Shown here one piece after another: positions 1-17,769 of a stretch of 64,000 nt of DNA (position 1 is the stretch's first letter; each line of letters starts with the position of its first letter). Below the pieces are notes generated by a model, which had not been told where the DNA came from, made no database searches, and saw only the letters and a list, made by a program, of their open reading frames with translations. This stretch comes from the human T2T-CHM13v2.0 reference genome, Homo sapiens. Made by a program: the position numbers and the translations under genes. The DNA lies in assembly GCF_009914755.1 (NCBI RefSeq), contig NC_060937.1. One strand, 5' to 3'.

Positions 1-292
1 ATTGCTAAATTTGAGCAAAGCAGACTGCCCTCTGTAATGCAGGTGGGCCTCATCTATTGGTTGACAGCTTGAATAGAACAAAAGGCTGACCTCCACAAGC
101 AGGAGGCCATTCTAGCAGATTTGAACTGCAACATCAGCTCTTCCTGAGTCTCCAGCTTGCCAGCCCTCCCTGAGTATTTTGAACTTGCCTGTCTCGATGT
201 TCACGTGAGTTCCTTAAAACAAATCTCTTTCCATATATATATATACACACAACCTATTGGTTCTGTTTCTATGGAGAACCCTGATTAATACA
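1..292 (+). mobile_element. MLT2-family (ERVL) LTR, 3' part, cut by the window start
   Basis: MLT2 motifs 'gaatagaacaaaaggctgac' and terminus 'ctattggttctgtttctatggagaaccctgattaataca'. Confidence 0.8.
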
Positions 293-2500
293 CCACTTAT
301 CTGAAGGGTATTATCCACTCTGTGCATCATCTTTTATACATGCTTTGCTTTCATCCATATGGACAGCATAACTTTATTTTTGCCCATTTAATACTGAGAG
401 TGAGCATTCGACCTGTTGGCCACAAAGCTATAGCTATTTACTCAGAGCTTCTATTTTTAACACTCTGATTCCTGTGTTATTTATTTTACATGCAGTGAAG
501 CCCTTTAAAGCCCCTTAACCACTTCCCTACATCTGCATGCAGGAACAGTCTCCTCCTGCTAGAAACAGAGTTTAATGATGTTTGAGTTGAAGGTAGGATG
601 GAAAAAGCCAATTAGTTTCCAGAATGGCTCCTTTCTCTTGGGGCTACACCTTGTGGTTTGAAATTAAATCCAATATCAGCCTCATCCATACACAAATGCA
701 AAGCCAAGGCTAGCCCACTTTGGATAATCTCGTGATCTTCTCCACTGAACATGAGCATGTATTGTCTGGATCAAGTTCTTTTTAATGATGAGGAAATATG
801 AGATTTATTACTAATGAAGATAGGCCCCAATCCAACTAAAACCTAGGCAGATATGATTATCTTTAATTTCTTTTCTCATCTCTCATTTTAAGGGGAAAAT
901 CATCGTAGAGCAGAAATCTCAAAAACTTGCTTTGGAGGCAAAGAACATTTTCCCTCTCTTGGCTTTTTCCAGTGTGAATGGAACACGCATGGCTCTAATT
1001 TCACAGGTTAATTTCATTCTGACAATGGAAAACAGTTAAACAGCCAATCACATGTTTACATCTATCAATAGTTTTTAATACCGATGATCATGAGGTGGTG
1101 TTGGCCTGATTAGTTCAGTCCTAACCTAAAAATGACTGATTGCTAATGAAAACATTCTTTCTCATACAGAACATTCCAACTATGGTTGTAAGTCATGAAA
1201 CTTGCAATGTAATAGTCTTTAAATCAGATATAAAAGAACTTCCCCCCAAACCAAAACTAAGCAAAAAACCAACCAAACAGCAAAGTATGCTTCTCATGGA
1301 TTAACTACTGGCAATTGCTTTGTTCCATTATACAGAAATGTTTTGACTAACCAGAATGCATAGGTCCTGGGGTGTTTTGGGTAGCTTGGTGTAGCAATCT
1401 GAAGTTTAGCATTTTTGATTCCAGCTTATTACTGATATTTAATATAAAGCACAACCAGTCTACTTTCCCACTAAGTGTGGTCAGCAGTTTCCCATGTTCT
1501 GATTGCTGATCCAGACCATTGTTGGAGTGGCATCATCACTCGATCAATTCTTCTTTTGACATGCTGAGCTCCACTCCCACCTTCCTCAGTGGCTTTAGTT
1601 ACTGACCCCCTTTTGAGTATTTTAGTGTCCCTTCAACTGCCCTAAAATTTTAACATAATTTTTTAAATTCTGAATAAAATTAAGAAGTATAAGAAAGTGT
1701 AGGAGTCTTAGAAGAAAAATTGACTCACAACGTCCTTAAGATAAAGTACAAAACTACGACACAATACACTCCTATTGTCAGAAAATGCTAAACATTTTGA
1801 TAAATAATATCATTATTAAAATAAAAATGCCCTTCAATAGTTTTGAGTTTTATCATCCTAAAAAGAAAAATAGAGCCCTTTCATAATCCTCTCCATTCAA
1901 TATCTCCTGCGAATGCAGAAACCTCACACCCACATTGATGGCTCTTCAGAGGCACCTCACAGCCATACGAATAGCTCTTCTGCCTCTTCGGGTCCCTGTT
2001 CTCCAGCCGATGCGTCTCTACCAATCTCCCTTCCCCTCCAATTAAGCCACTCAGAATCATCATACTTATGCCAAACTCTGGGGTCCAGAGTGGTCTTCTT
2101 GATCATTTCTAGGCAACCAAAATATTCTTCCCTCTCTCCTTATCCGTTAGTCTCTCCTTGCTTCCCTGACAGAAACTCACTATCATGCGCACTGCAGACT
2201 TTCAATAAATATTTGTCAAACATAAGATAATGGTATTGTGATTATGCTTTTCAAAAAAGTGCCCTAACCTTTTCAGAGCTACACCCTAAAATATTTCCAG
2301 GTGAGATGAGAACGTACAATGCAGAAAGAGTTTCAGTTAAAGCTGCAATTATTACAGATTTCGCTACAACAGATACTGAACATTTACTGCTTTTTATCAC
2401 TGGGCAGTGAATCCAAAATATATGAGAATAAGATAATCACTAATTTCAATGGTGATAAAGGATTTTGATTTTTAGGTACAATTAAAAAATTTCCCAAATA

Positions 2501-2859
<359 letters not shown>

Positions 2860-4324
2860 TCACTCAGCACAGCTGCCAGCCTGCCTGTTCCAGAGCTGGG
2901 GTGAGCTGAATGGAATCCTCCTAAGTTTCCAAAAGTTTGGCACACTGTGTTTCTTGAGATTATAGTCAATGGTATGGGTGGCCTCACTCTTTTTTCCTTC
3001 TCTCTTTTTGTCTCTCTTCCTTCAAGGACAATTTGGAATAGAAAATCCCTGCTTCTTCCTCTCAGGACCAGCACAAAAACCCCTTCTACCTGGCTGAGCA
3101 AGGCCCTCCCTGCCATCAGGGAGACAGACTCTTTCTCCTGAGGCCTCCGACTTCCATTCTTCCTAATTTTGTTTTCTTGACACAAAGAGAGCTATTATGA
3201 GGCTGGAATTTAAAAATAGCAATATTAAACTAAATTCTATTCTCCTCATTACTGCTACCTGATGTCTTATTATGCCCTAGTACCAAACTCTTCTTGGAGG
3301 AAATTGGTAGGAGATCTGTTGGGAGATGGTCTGGAAGGATGATGCTTGCGGTCTGCTGACCTGCAGCTAGAGCTAATCCTAGACTGTTGCTTACAAGACT
3401 ACTGACTTTTATACACAAATAGCAGCAATCATTGCTGAAATCTCCCAATCCACCCAAACAAGTCTTACATTCTAGGGAGCAAAACGTTTGCATCTGGGAC
3501 AGTTATGCAGGAAGAGGGACTAATTACTTGATGTGGCTAAAATAGGAAGGAAAGTAAGTAACTGCAAGCTTTAAGTCAAGTGAGGCCTTTCCCCCACTTC
3601 ACCCCTAACCTTGACTAGCATTCTTCTATTACATGGCCAGCCTGCCCTATTCCCTCAGTTCTTCCATGTAATCCTCAAGGCAAATCTTAAACCCCACACA
3701 ATCTAAGAGGCTTATTAATGGCCGTTCCCCTCAGTGATGACTTCCTCTTTCTCACTGGGCACTTACTCTCTACTGTCATTTTTTCCCCCTGTGAGTTCTA
3801 GAGTTCCTATCATAACTTAAGGACGGAAACCAAGTCAGCTATCTTTGGATATCAACCTGCAAGAACACTCTCTGGCATGTCCCAGTTGATGGCAGTTCTA
3901 GGGGTGAGGATGAAGAAAGTCTAGGGGTCTGGCCACATCAGCAGCTACCAGGCATTGCAGGTGACAAGCTTCATCACCTAATGGCTTTGGATTTGCCATT
4001 CTCATTTGCAAGGCTGCATTAAGAGCGGGATACCATATTTTAATATCTAAAATAATATTATTAAATATTATATGAATTAGTATTATATACCATTTACATA
4101 CCATTAAATACCATTACTAAAGTCATCGAAAGCAACCTAACTTCAAAGTATTTGAAAGATCATTTGAAATGCCTTATTGGGGAATTTAGACATCATAAAT
4201 AAAATAAAGCCATCAAGAATAATCACAACCTGTTAACCATATGATGTTTTACAAGAAAACAAAAGCAAAATAAAAACCCTGAATATGTTCCAATGTATAA
4301 ATGCAGGATCACGTATTATCTGAT

Positions 4325-4395
4325 TTGATATTGCCAGTACTCAGCACATAGGTGACATTCAATAAATACATGTTGGTTAATTGAATGAGTAAATG
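4325..4395 (+). mobile_element. L2 3' end fragment
   Basis: 'cagcacataggtgacattcaataaatacatgttggttaattgaatgag' resembles the L2 terminus. Confidence 0.55.
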
Positions 4396-4479
4396 TGAAT
4401 TGTTTTCACAAACTTACATTTTTAATACATTAAGTATGTACTCTACACATTGCTATAAAAGTTGTATGCATAACTGATT

Positions 4480-4780
<301 letters not shown>

Positions 4781-4919
4781 TGATTCTTTAGGAGCAGTAA
4801 CAAAACACAAGGTTGAAAGAAACATCCAACAGCAAAAAACAATGCTACCTTTTTGAACAGACAATAATTCTTTCAGCAACATCAAAGTAATAAAGTTTAA
4901 TGGAAAGAACCAGCTGCCT

Positions 4920-5050
4920 ATGGGTTCCAGAAGTCTCCTGGTTTGTGTGACCTCATGCAGGTCATTTCACTCTCCTGGACCTCAGTCTCCTCCTCTATAA
5001 AAGAGGAGGCTGAAGCCAGATGCCTTTTCAGGTCCCCTTCTTCCTGACCT
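4920..5050 (+). mobile_element. MIR fragment
   Basis: Degenerate MIR core 'tgtgtgacctc...ggtcatttcactctcctggacctcagtctcctcctctataaaa'. Confidence 0.7.
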
Positions 5051-6884
5051 TCCAAGGATGCTAGGACTCCTTTAGCATGGAACTCAACATCACACCCCTT
5101 GTCTGCCAGAAGACATCTCATTGACTTTGTGTTTTAAATGGAAAGGATGTGTGGCATGGAATATGATGTGCACCCTGCAAGTGATGAAGGAGACAAAAGA
5201 AGAACTGTGTGGTACCACAAGATAAAAAATGTAAGACTCATCACCCTGGAGAATCTCTAAACAAAGGTTTCCTTTTAGTTAAGTTTTTATTTGGTGGGTA
5301 ATTTTTTTTTTCTTGGAAGATGAAAGATCAGAACCCACGGCCTGGATCTTACTGAATCCCTCTTAATTAACTGGGAATGAAAGCCCATCATTGTACAGAT
5401 CAAGCTAATTGGAAGCTTTGCTTGGTTTCTTCTCAGTATCAAGTAGATGAAGCTTGGACGCACTGTTGCCTTTTTGTTGTTGTACAAAGAACTGTTTTTA
5501 GCTTGGATTATCTACCTTATCCCCTTTTAGGAGGATGATGAAGTTGGGTTAAAAAAAAAATCTCTCTTTAAAAACAACAACTCTACTCACAAGGCCAGGT
5601 AAAACATATGATAAAAAATAGCCAATTTTTATCCTGGGTGATGGCCAATTCAAGGCTTGGTGTAGGCAAGAATTGAAGCCTATATAAGCACAGGCTTTTT
5701 GGTCTTTTCAACATTTTTCTTTACTTTAAGCCAAGTGAGGTGACAAACATTTCCAAAACAAGTACAATACAGTTAATTCAATGTGCTGGTAACTTCCACA
5801 TTTTAAAAGTGTTCTGAGTTTCAATTTAGTGTCATCCAATTTAAGTCAAAGGATTTCTTCAGCAAAACCTAGCAACCAATATTCGCTAGAATAATATGTG
5901 CTAGAGAATAAAATGAGCTTGAAATGTACTCTAAAATAACCCTTACAGCTAATTTTATCCTTCAACGTTAAATAACAACAGATTTTCTTGGAGGAATGGC
6001 AATCTTTTTTAGGGTTTAAAAAGTTATTGAAATGCTAATGCTACATTAAAATTTTGTTTCCACTGAGGCATTTTAAGCAATAAACAAATAAGAAAATTGA
6101 AGTATAGTTTTATATTGGGACACAGAGAGAAGCTCATACTTGCTGGGAGATCAAGAATTAGAAAACAAATATTGAGGCCAGTAGGAAAAGGCTGTCTCTG
6201 GCTCATCTGCAAATATATATGTGCATGTACACATGTATGTGTGTGAACATACATGTTCTTTTAGGTTGTTGCTTCTTTCAACCATCCACCATCCTTGTGA
6301 CAACCACATGATTTGACTAATTGTTTTAAATCCTGTGGCAAATTAACTTAATAAATTATAAATTCCGAAGGAGCGACAGTTCTTAGGAAATCATAAAAGG
6401 CACCATTTCAACTCTAAGGAAAGCTATGGCTGCACCCTGAGGGCTGGGGAGGCCTTGTCAGGGCAGTCCCCTGCCCTGGTCTGTGCTCTTTCCCACTCTC
6501 CTCTCCATGTGACCAAAGCCAGTGGGTCTGGTCCAGGGATCCCAGGCAGATCTAGCAGTGTGTCCTCTTCTCAGCAATCTGCCCATACTTTCTAAACTAT
6601 CTGATCTTATCTGAGACTGGAAAGCCAGTTGCATAAACTATTGAATGAGCATTTTGATGCCAAGCTGATTCCAATCAATCTCATGTGATTTTGGTGGGTG
6701 TGAGCTAAATTTTCCAGGCTCAGAATGTTTCTGGGACTAAACCTTGGTCTCCAAGGAGGAGAAACTGACCTTGAAGATTTTCATTCTGCCACAGACACTT
6801 ATAACAAAGAATCACAGAACTAGTGCATGCGTGTGTGTGTGTGTGTCTGTGTGAAATCCACCCAATTTGCTATCCTTCATATTA

Positions 6885-7440
6885 TTACTGGTTTGGAGAA
6901 ACATGTGTCTTATACACTACTGGAGAAATATAAACTTTAGAAATCTTTGTGGAAAGCAATTTTACGACATATAACCAGAACCATAATAGCCTATTCAATT
7001 TAACTTCTTATAGGTTATCATAAGGATATATTTGAAGATACAAGAAATATTTGCTGAGACTAGGATTCATGGCAAGATTTGCTTATAAAGGCTGAAAATA
7101 AACTGGAAACAACATAAATAGGCAACAATAGGGTACTGCAACATAAGTTAGAGCTATACAAAATATACAGCCTATCAAAATTATATTAAAGAATATTGAT
7201 TGAAAAACTACACAATATATGGATAAGTCAAAGGTTACAAAAGGCTACAAAACAACACAAAACAACTTGTACACTGTGACTTTATTTTCCTAAGAGATAT
7301 ACGGCCATCCTGAAAAGATTGGAAGGACTGAAAAGATATTTTATGGAAGTAGTTATGATTTTTAAAATTTAATTACCTGCATTTTCTGTTGCCAATTTTT
7401 CTAATAATGAGCACATATTGCTTTTGCAATTAAAAATTTA
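6885..7440 (+). mobile_element. Ancient L1M (L1ME-like) 3' fragment
   Basis: Degenerate L1 3' motifs 'tggaaagcaatttt', 'aactggaaacaac', 'aatagggtactg'. Confidence 0.5.
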
Positions 7441-7869
7441 AGTTTTCTTATTAAAGAAAGAGCAATGAGTAAATAAAATTTTATATCTTTATGTTAACTT
7501 TACTGTAGAGTGTTTTGTTTGTTCTAAAATAATAATAGTCATTCTGAAAAGAAGCAAAATAAAACACAAAGATTAAATATAAAAAGTCATGGAATTGATA
7601 ACAACAAAATAATACATTTATCTGATATTTTGCCTTAATATAGGCCTTTCCTTGATTATCAGAAGGGAATCAGCGTCAGCTTCCTTTTTGGAAAGCCACA
7701 TCATTTTCTGAACTGTCTCTAATAATTCAGTATGTGATCACAAAATGATTCCACTGTGTCTGCATTTCCAGAGACTATCTAAAAATGGAGCTCCTAGCAC
7801 ATTTTACAAACAAACTTTAAAAATTACAAAAACAAAAAAGTAACATGCACTGGTTCTGGAATATTAGCT

Positions 7870-7972
7870 CAATGAAAGCAGGGGATTTTATCACTTACTG
7901 CAGAATCTCCATAGCCTAAAACAGGACCTGGCACATAGTGGGGGCTCAATAAATATTTGTTGAATAAATGAA
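7870..7972 (+). mobile_element. L2 3' end
   Basis: 'cctggcacatagtgggggctcaataaatatttgttgaataaatgaa'. Confidence 0.8.
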
Positions 7973-8099
7973 AGGGTAAAGGGCTGGGGTGGGGGAAAAG
8001 AAATAGAATATAAAGTGAAAATACAACAAGAAAATTAATAAATTCATGTTATCTTAAGAAGAGAATACTCAGTGAGGCACAAAATTGCTCACAAGTTTT

Positions 8100-8403
8100 T
8101 TGTTGTTGTTGTTGTTGTTTTGTTTTGTTTCTTTTTTGATACAGTCTCGCTCTGTTGCCCAGGCTGGAGTGCAGTGGTGCAATCTCGGCCTCCGGGGTTC
8201 AAGCGATCCTCCCACCTCAGCTTCCCAAGTAGCTGGGACTACAGGAACACACCACCATGCCCAGATAATTTTTGCATTTTTTTCGTAGAAACAGGGTTTT
8301 GCCATGTTGTCCAGGCTGGTCTCAAACTCTTGGGCTCAAGCGATCTGCCTGCCTCGGCCTCCCAAAGTGCTGGGATTACAGGCGTGAGCCACCGCACCTG
8401 GCC
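8100..8403 (-). mobile_element. AluJ-like element with (GTT)n/(GTTTT)n tail
   Basis: Antisense Alu dimer with J-type 'gggctcaagcgatc'; TSD tg(c/t)tcacaagtttt. Confidence 0.93.
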
Positions 8404-9252
8404 TGTTCACAAGTTTTAAATAGTAATAGTTGCTACCACTTATTGTCTACTGTGTGTCAAATGCTTTATTTACTTTAAATGTACACAACAATCTGGCTAA
8501 GTATTAATATATTTACAAATAAAATTGTGGCACTGAAATTTTACATCATTAGCATGAAACTAATACAAAGAGACTGGTAAGCCCAACAGAGCTTTAATCA
8601 AATGCCACTGTATATGATTTTTGCCATTAAAAAAACTGCCAAAACTGCAGTCAAAAACCGCATTTACTTAGAGGTTTCTAAGTAAGGTAACTTTCACATG
8701 TGTCCTGAAACATAAATAAGAAGTTTGAGTGCTAGCTGATTTAATAGATTATAATTTAAAAGTGCTTGTAAGAGTGAGTATTTGGAAAGGGTAGCTGAAT
8801 GTTTCTAATAAAAGGTATCTATTCTGAATGTAAAGAATAATAAATAAAATGTATATGCAAAAAGAAAAGACTTAACAAAAAACAATGATCACTCATTATC
8901 CCAACCCATTTTGGAGGTCAGCAAATGTTAACAATGTGATGATCACATATAAGGAAAATTTAGTAAATAATCTTGCATCTTGAAAGGCATATGTCAAACT
9001 ATTACTAACTTCATTTTAAGGTCAAAGAGAAACAACAATAAAATCTAAAAAGATGGGAACATGCTTTCGAAGGATATCAAGTAACACTCCATAGGTATCT
9101 CTGGAAAACACTAGAAAAGGGTGCAGGGAAATATGCTATTCAACCACAAAAGCTGTAGCTGCTGCAGGCAAAGTGATAGCAAAGAGCAGAGATGGGCTAG
9201 CAGCATGGCGGCAAGCTTGTGTTGCTGGAGTTGGTAAAGAAAGTTGGGATTA

Positions 9253-9707
9253 GCAGCACTATTTCCAATAGCAAAGACTAGAAACCAACCGAAATGCCCA
9301 TCAATGATAGACTGGACAAAGAAAATGTGGCACATATATGCCATGGAATACTATGCAGCCATAAAAAAGAATGAGTTCATGTCCTTTGCAGGGACATGGA
9401 TGAAGCTGGAAACCATCATCCTCAGCAAACAAACACAGGAACAGAAAACCAAACACCACGTGTTCTCACTCAAAAGTGAGAGTTGAACAATGAGAACACA
9501 TGGACACAGGGAGGGGAACATCACACACTGGGGCCTGCTGGAGGGTCGGGGGAAAGAGGATGGAGAGCATTAGGACAAATACCTAATGCATGCGGGGCTT
9601 AAAACCTAGATGACGGGTTGATGGGTGCAGCAAACCACCATAGTACACGTATACCTATGTAACAAACCTGCACATTCAGCACACGTATCCCAGAACTTAA
9701 AAGAAAA
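9253..9707 (+). mobile_element. 5'-truncated L1PA (PA7/PA8-like) 3' end
   Basis: ORF2 C-terminus remnant (ORF 9244-9486) plus 3'UTR 'gcggggcttaaaacctagatgac'; 17-bp TSD aaagaaagtt(g/t)ggatta at 9236-9252 and 9708-9724. Confidence 0.92.
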
Positions 9708-10269
9708 AAAGAAAGTTTGGATTACATAGAAACTTTTAGGGAAATCATGCACAAAGGAAAAGGAAGAAAATGTGAATGAAGACAAGCACCTTTTCCAGGC
9801 AGCCGTACCAAGGAGCTGGGAGACCCGCAAACCAGCGGGCAGACAGACACACAGTTTAGAGAAATGCTGTGAGAACCTCTGGTTTAAACTGGGAAGAGAA
9901 ACAAGAAAGGACCACAAGAGCCACATCTACGTGTGAAACTATCAAATAAAGCATGAAACCTGATACACTGTACCATGACATTGCCAAATTTGTATGTATG
10001 TTTACATTTATATTTTAGCAATTCAAGGCCCTCTTGTGAAACAGTTTTTGCCTGCTGTACAAAACCTGCTTTGCCACTTTCCATGTTTAAAGACACCAGA
10101 GGCCAGTGCTTCCCAGGAGAGGGGAAAGGAGGGGGCGCAGCCCTGAAAGGAGAGGCCACGGGGGAGAAAAAATTACTTCATTTTGTTGTCTGAGAAACTG
10201 ATTCGCAAGCTCTTGGGCAAAGAGCCTTCTATTTGGGGTGGCCTAGATCCAGAAGCAACTGTGGAGGAC

Positions 10270-10420
10270 AGAGTATGAAGTTTGGATCTAGAGGACTCAG
10301 GTTTAGGGCAAAAGCTAGCTGACCCCAGTCAAGTAACTTACAGGTTCTTAGCTTAAGTTTCCCCATCTGTAAGGTGGACTATGATATTACTATGAGAATC
10401 AGATAAGAGAGTATGTATTT
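10270..10420 (+). mobile_element. MIR fragment
   Basis: 'caagtaactta...agtttccccatctgtaag' MIR core. Confidence 0.6.
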
Positions 10421-11965
10421 GGAAGACCGTCTTGATACCTTTAAGTATTTGGAAATATGAAAATGTCTGAATTGCTGTTTCCTGTGCTCAGATTCATAAC
10501 ATAATGCTTTCAAGTTCCATAAAGATTTATATCTTGATGAAAAGTTTACACAAAGAAATCAAGATTTTACCACTTAGGGAAAGTAAATGTGCATGGGAGG
10601 AGAGTGTGCCCAGAGGCCAGCAAGGCTCATTGGTCAACTCAGCAGCATGCATAAGCCCAACTATGTCATAGATTGACTGCTCACCACTCCTGCTGAGCCT
10701 CAAAGCAATTTTGAATAACTATATATCACAGACCTTCGGGAACAGCCTCAAACACCTGAAATCATGAAAATCAAATCCATGAATACCAATAGTGCCTTCT
10801 TACTGATAAAGCTTAGTAGAGATTTTTAATATTTCACAGTCAGAAGCTTCAGCCAAGACATGCAATTTGAGTGTTCTAGAATAGTGTTAGTAGGCTACAA
10901 GGCTGTATTAACACAAATGTGAATATAGAATCATACAGTCTTGAATTTGCAAAATCTTTGTCCAAGTCCTCTCTGTTCCCAGCAAAATCTCCGCCAAATT
11001 CCCTTGGAGAATCCTCAAAATATCTTGGGGTTGTGAGTAGAGATGAATATTGCATGCTGGAAAGCTCTAAATAGTCTTAAAGAAGAGCAACAAACAGGAA
11101 GGCAGATGAACTACACTAAGGGAACCGGAAGATATTCTATATTGTAAGAATATTGAATATATTCTATTCCCTAAAATAATATTTCCTTTAGGATCTTTTC
11201 CAAATCCATACTATTTGTGAGTAGAAAAACTCGTAAGGAGAGAAAGAGCAAAAGAAGAACATAAACATTGAAACATAAATCTATAAGCCATTGCTGTCTT
11301 CAAATAACTAACGAAACTGATTTGTTCTAAAGAGCATATCCATCTGATCACTTTTGGCATACAATAAAACTTAATGAAATATTTAATTATGTTATATTTA
11401 GGATATCTTGGATGATCTTTGACTTCTAAGAAGTTAGGGATCATTATTTTGTGTGTCGTATACAAACCGTGAATCATCCAGACTATAAAGGCAATCCTAA
11501 GGAGTAATTAATACAATTTTTAGTCTATAAAACTCCACATATATATTTAGGTTTCTTCTTATGAACAAAATATATTTCCAATTATACCTAATTGCAATGC
11601 CTATCATTTCCAATCACTTAACTACTAACAGGATGCTATTTTTAACACTGACCTTCTCTCTAAAATTTTTTTTTTTTTTTTTTTGGTCTCTACCATCTTT
11701 TTTTTTTTCAGAGTCCACAGAGCTATTTTATTATTATTATTATTATTATTATTTTTTTTAATTATACTTTAAGTTTTAGGGTACATGTGCACATTGTGCA
11801 GGTTAGTTACATATGTATACATGTGCCATGCTGGTGCGCTGCACCCACTAACTCGTCATCTAGCATTAGGTATATCTCCCAATGCTATCCCTCCCCCCTC
11901 CCCCCTCCCCACCACAGTCCCCAGAATGTGATATTCCCCTTCCTGTGTCCATGTGATCTCATTGT

Positions 11966-15793
<3,828 letters not shown>

Positions 15794-15856
15794 TATGATG
15801 TTAGCTGGTGATTTTGCTCGTTAGTTGATGCAGTTTCTTCCTAGTCTCGATGGTCT

Positions 15857-16873
15857 TTACATTTTGGCATGATTTTGCCACGGCTGTTACCGGTTGTTCC
15901 TTTCCATGTTTAGCGCTTCCTTCAGGAGCTCTTTTAGGGCAGGCCTGGTGGTGACAAAATCTCTCAGCATTTGCTTGTCTGTAAAGTATTTTATTTATCC
16001 TTCACTTATGAAGCTTAGTTTGGCTGGATATGAAATTCTGGGTTGAAAATTCTTTTCTTTAAGAATGTTGAATATTGGCCCCCACTCTCTTCTGGCTTGT
16101 AGGGTTTCTGCCGAGAGATCCGCTGTTAGTCTGATGGGTTTCCCTTTGAGGGTAACCCGACCTTTCTCTCTGGCTGCCCTTAACATTTTTTCCTTCATTT
16201 CAACTTTGGTGAATCTGACAATTATGTGTCTTGGAGTTGCTCTTCTCGAGGAGTATCTTTGTGGCGTTCTCTGTATTTCCTGAATCTGAACGTCGGCCTG
16301 CCTTGCTAGATTGGGGAAGTTCTCCTGGATAATATCCTGCAGAGTGTTTTCCAACTTGGTTCCATTCTCCGCATCACTTTCAGGTACACCAATCAGACGT
16401 AGATTTGGTCTTTTCACATAGTCCCATATTTCTTGGAGGCTTTGCTCATTTCTTTTTATTCTTTTTTCTCTAAACTTCCCTTCTCACTTCATTTCATTCA
16501 TTTCATCTTCCATTGCTGATACCCTTTCTTCCAGTTGATCGCATCGGCTCCTGAGGCTTCTGCATTCTTCACGTAGTTCTCGAGCCTTGGTTTTCAGCTC
16601 CATCAGCTCCTTTAAGCACTTCTCTGTATTGGTTATTCTAGTTATACATTCTTCTAAATTTTTTTCAAAGTTTTCAACTTCTTTGCCTTTGGTTTGAATG
16701 TCCTCCCGTAGCTCAGAGTAATTTGATCGTCTGAAGCCTTCCTCTCTCAGCTCATCAAAATCATTCTCCATCCAGCTTTGTTCCATTGCTGGTGAGGAAC
16801 TGCGTTCCTTTGGAGGAGGAGAGGCGCTCTGCGTTTTAGAGTTTCCAGTTTTTCTGTTCTGTTTTTTCCCCAT
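15857..16873 (-). pseudogene. L1 ORF1 (RNA-binding protein); 338-codon frame with 2 nonsense codons
   Basis: MGKKQNRKTGNSK start; CGA>TGA at 16484-16486 and GAA>TAA at 15995-15997; normal stop at 15857. Confidence 0.96.
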
Positions 16874-17756
16874 CTTTGTGGTTTTATCTACTTTTGGTCT
16901 TTGTTGATGGTGATGTACAGATGGGTTTTCGGTGTGGATGTCCTTTCTGTTTGTTAGTTTTCCTTCTAACAGACAGGACCCTCAGCTGCAGGTCTTTTGG
17001 AATACTCTGCTGTGTGAGGTGTCAGTGTGCCCCTGCTGGGGGGTGCCTCCCAGTTAGGCTGCTCGGGGGTCAGGGGTCAGGGACCCACTTGAGGAAGCAG
17101 TCTGCCCGTTCTCAGATCTCCAGCTGCGTGCTGGGAGAACCACTGCTCTCTTCAAAGCTGTCAGACAGGGACATTTAAGTCTGCAGAGGTTACTGCTGTC
17201 TTTTTGTTTGTCTGTGCCCTGCCCCCAGAGGTGGAGCCTACAGAGGCAGGCAGGCTTCCTTGAGCTGTGGTGGGCTCCACCCAGTTCGAGCTTCCTGGCT
17301 GCTTTGTTTACCTAAGCAAGCCTGGGCAATGGCGGGCGCCCCTCCCCCAGCCTCTCTGCCGCCTTGCAGTTTGATCTCAGACTGCTGTGCTAGCAATCAG
17401 CGAGATTCCGTGGGCTTAGGACCCTCCGAGCCAGGTGTGGGATATAATCTCGTGGTGCGCTGTTTTTTAAGCCGGTCTGAAAAGCACAATATTCGCCAGG
17501 TGCGTCCGTCACCCCTTTCTTTGACTCGGAAAGGGAACTCCCTGACCCCTTGTGCTTCCCAGGTGAGGCAATGCCTCGCCCTGCTTCGGCTCGCGCACGG
17601 TGCGCGCACCCACTGGCCTGCGCCCACTGTCTGGCACTCCCTTAGTGAGATGAACCCGGTACCTCAGATGGAAATGCAGAAATCACCCGTCTTCTGCGTC
17701 GCTCACGCTGGGAGCTGTAGACCGGAGCTGTTCCTATTCGGCCATCTTGGCTCCTC
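16874..17756 (-). promoter_or_regulatory. L1 5'UTR internal sense promoter (intact YY1 site) and antisense promoter
   Basis: CAAGATGGCCG YY1 motif at 17739-17749 (minus strand); CpG-rich; about 885 bp, consistent with the short L1PA2/L1HS-type UTR minus a 20-bp deletion. Confidence 0.85.
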
Positions 17757-17769
17757 TACCCCTCTGTAA
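17329..17769 (+). CDS. ORF0: L1 antisense ORF0, frameshift-extended variant (146 aa)
   Basis: gcaATGg start; MAGAPPPASLPPCSLISDCCASNQRDSV matches primate ORF0; frame open to TAA at 17767-17769; expression unknown. Confidence 0.6.
   Translation: MAGAPPPASLPPCSLISDCCASNQRDSVGLGPSEPGVGYNLVVRCFLSRSEKHNIRQVRPSPLSLTRKGNSLTPCASQVRQCLALLRLAHGARTHWPAPTVWHSLSEMNPVPQMEMQKSPVFCVAHAGSCRPELFLFGHLGSSTPL

Noticed and set aside
5287-5487. Minus-strand ORF ending near a GTAAG donor (5348-5352)
   Set aside because: No pyrimidine-rich acceptor, non-ATG start and no recognisable protein similarity.
8069-8478. Cluster of overlapping 67-115 aa ORFs (similar ones at 27.4, 33.8, 35.7, 41.0, 49.1 and 63.6 kb)
   Set aside because: All are Alu-derived reading frames.
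10120-10142. CTCF-like AGGGGGCGCAG
   Set aside because: Lacks the 5' CCAC/CCAG half of the core motif.
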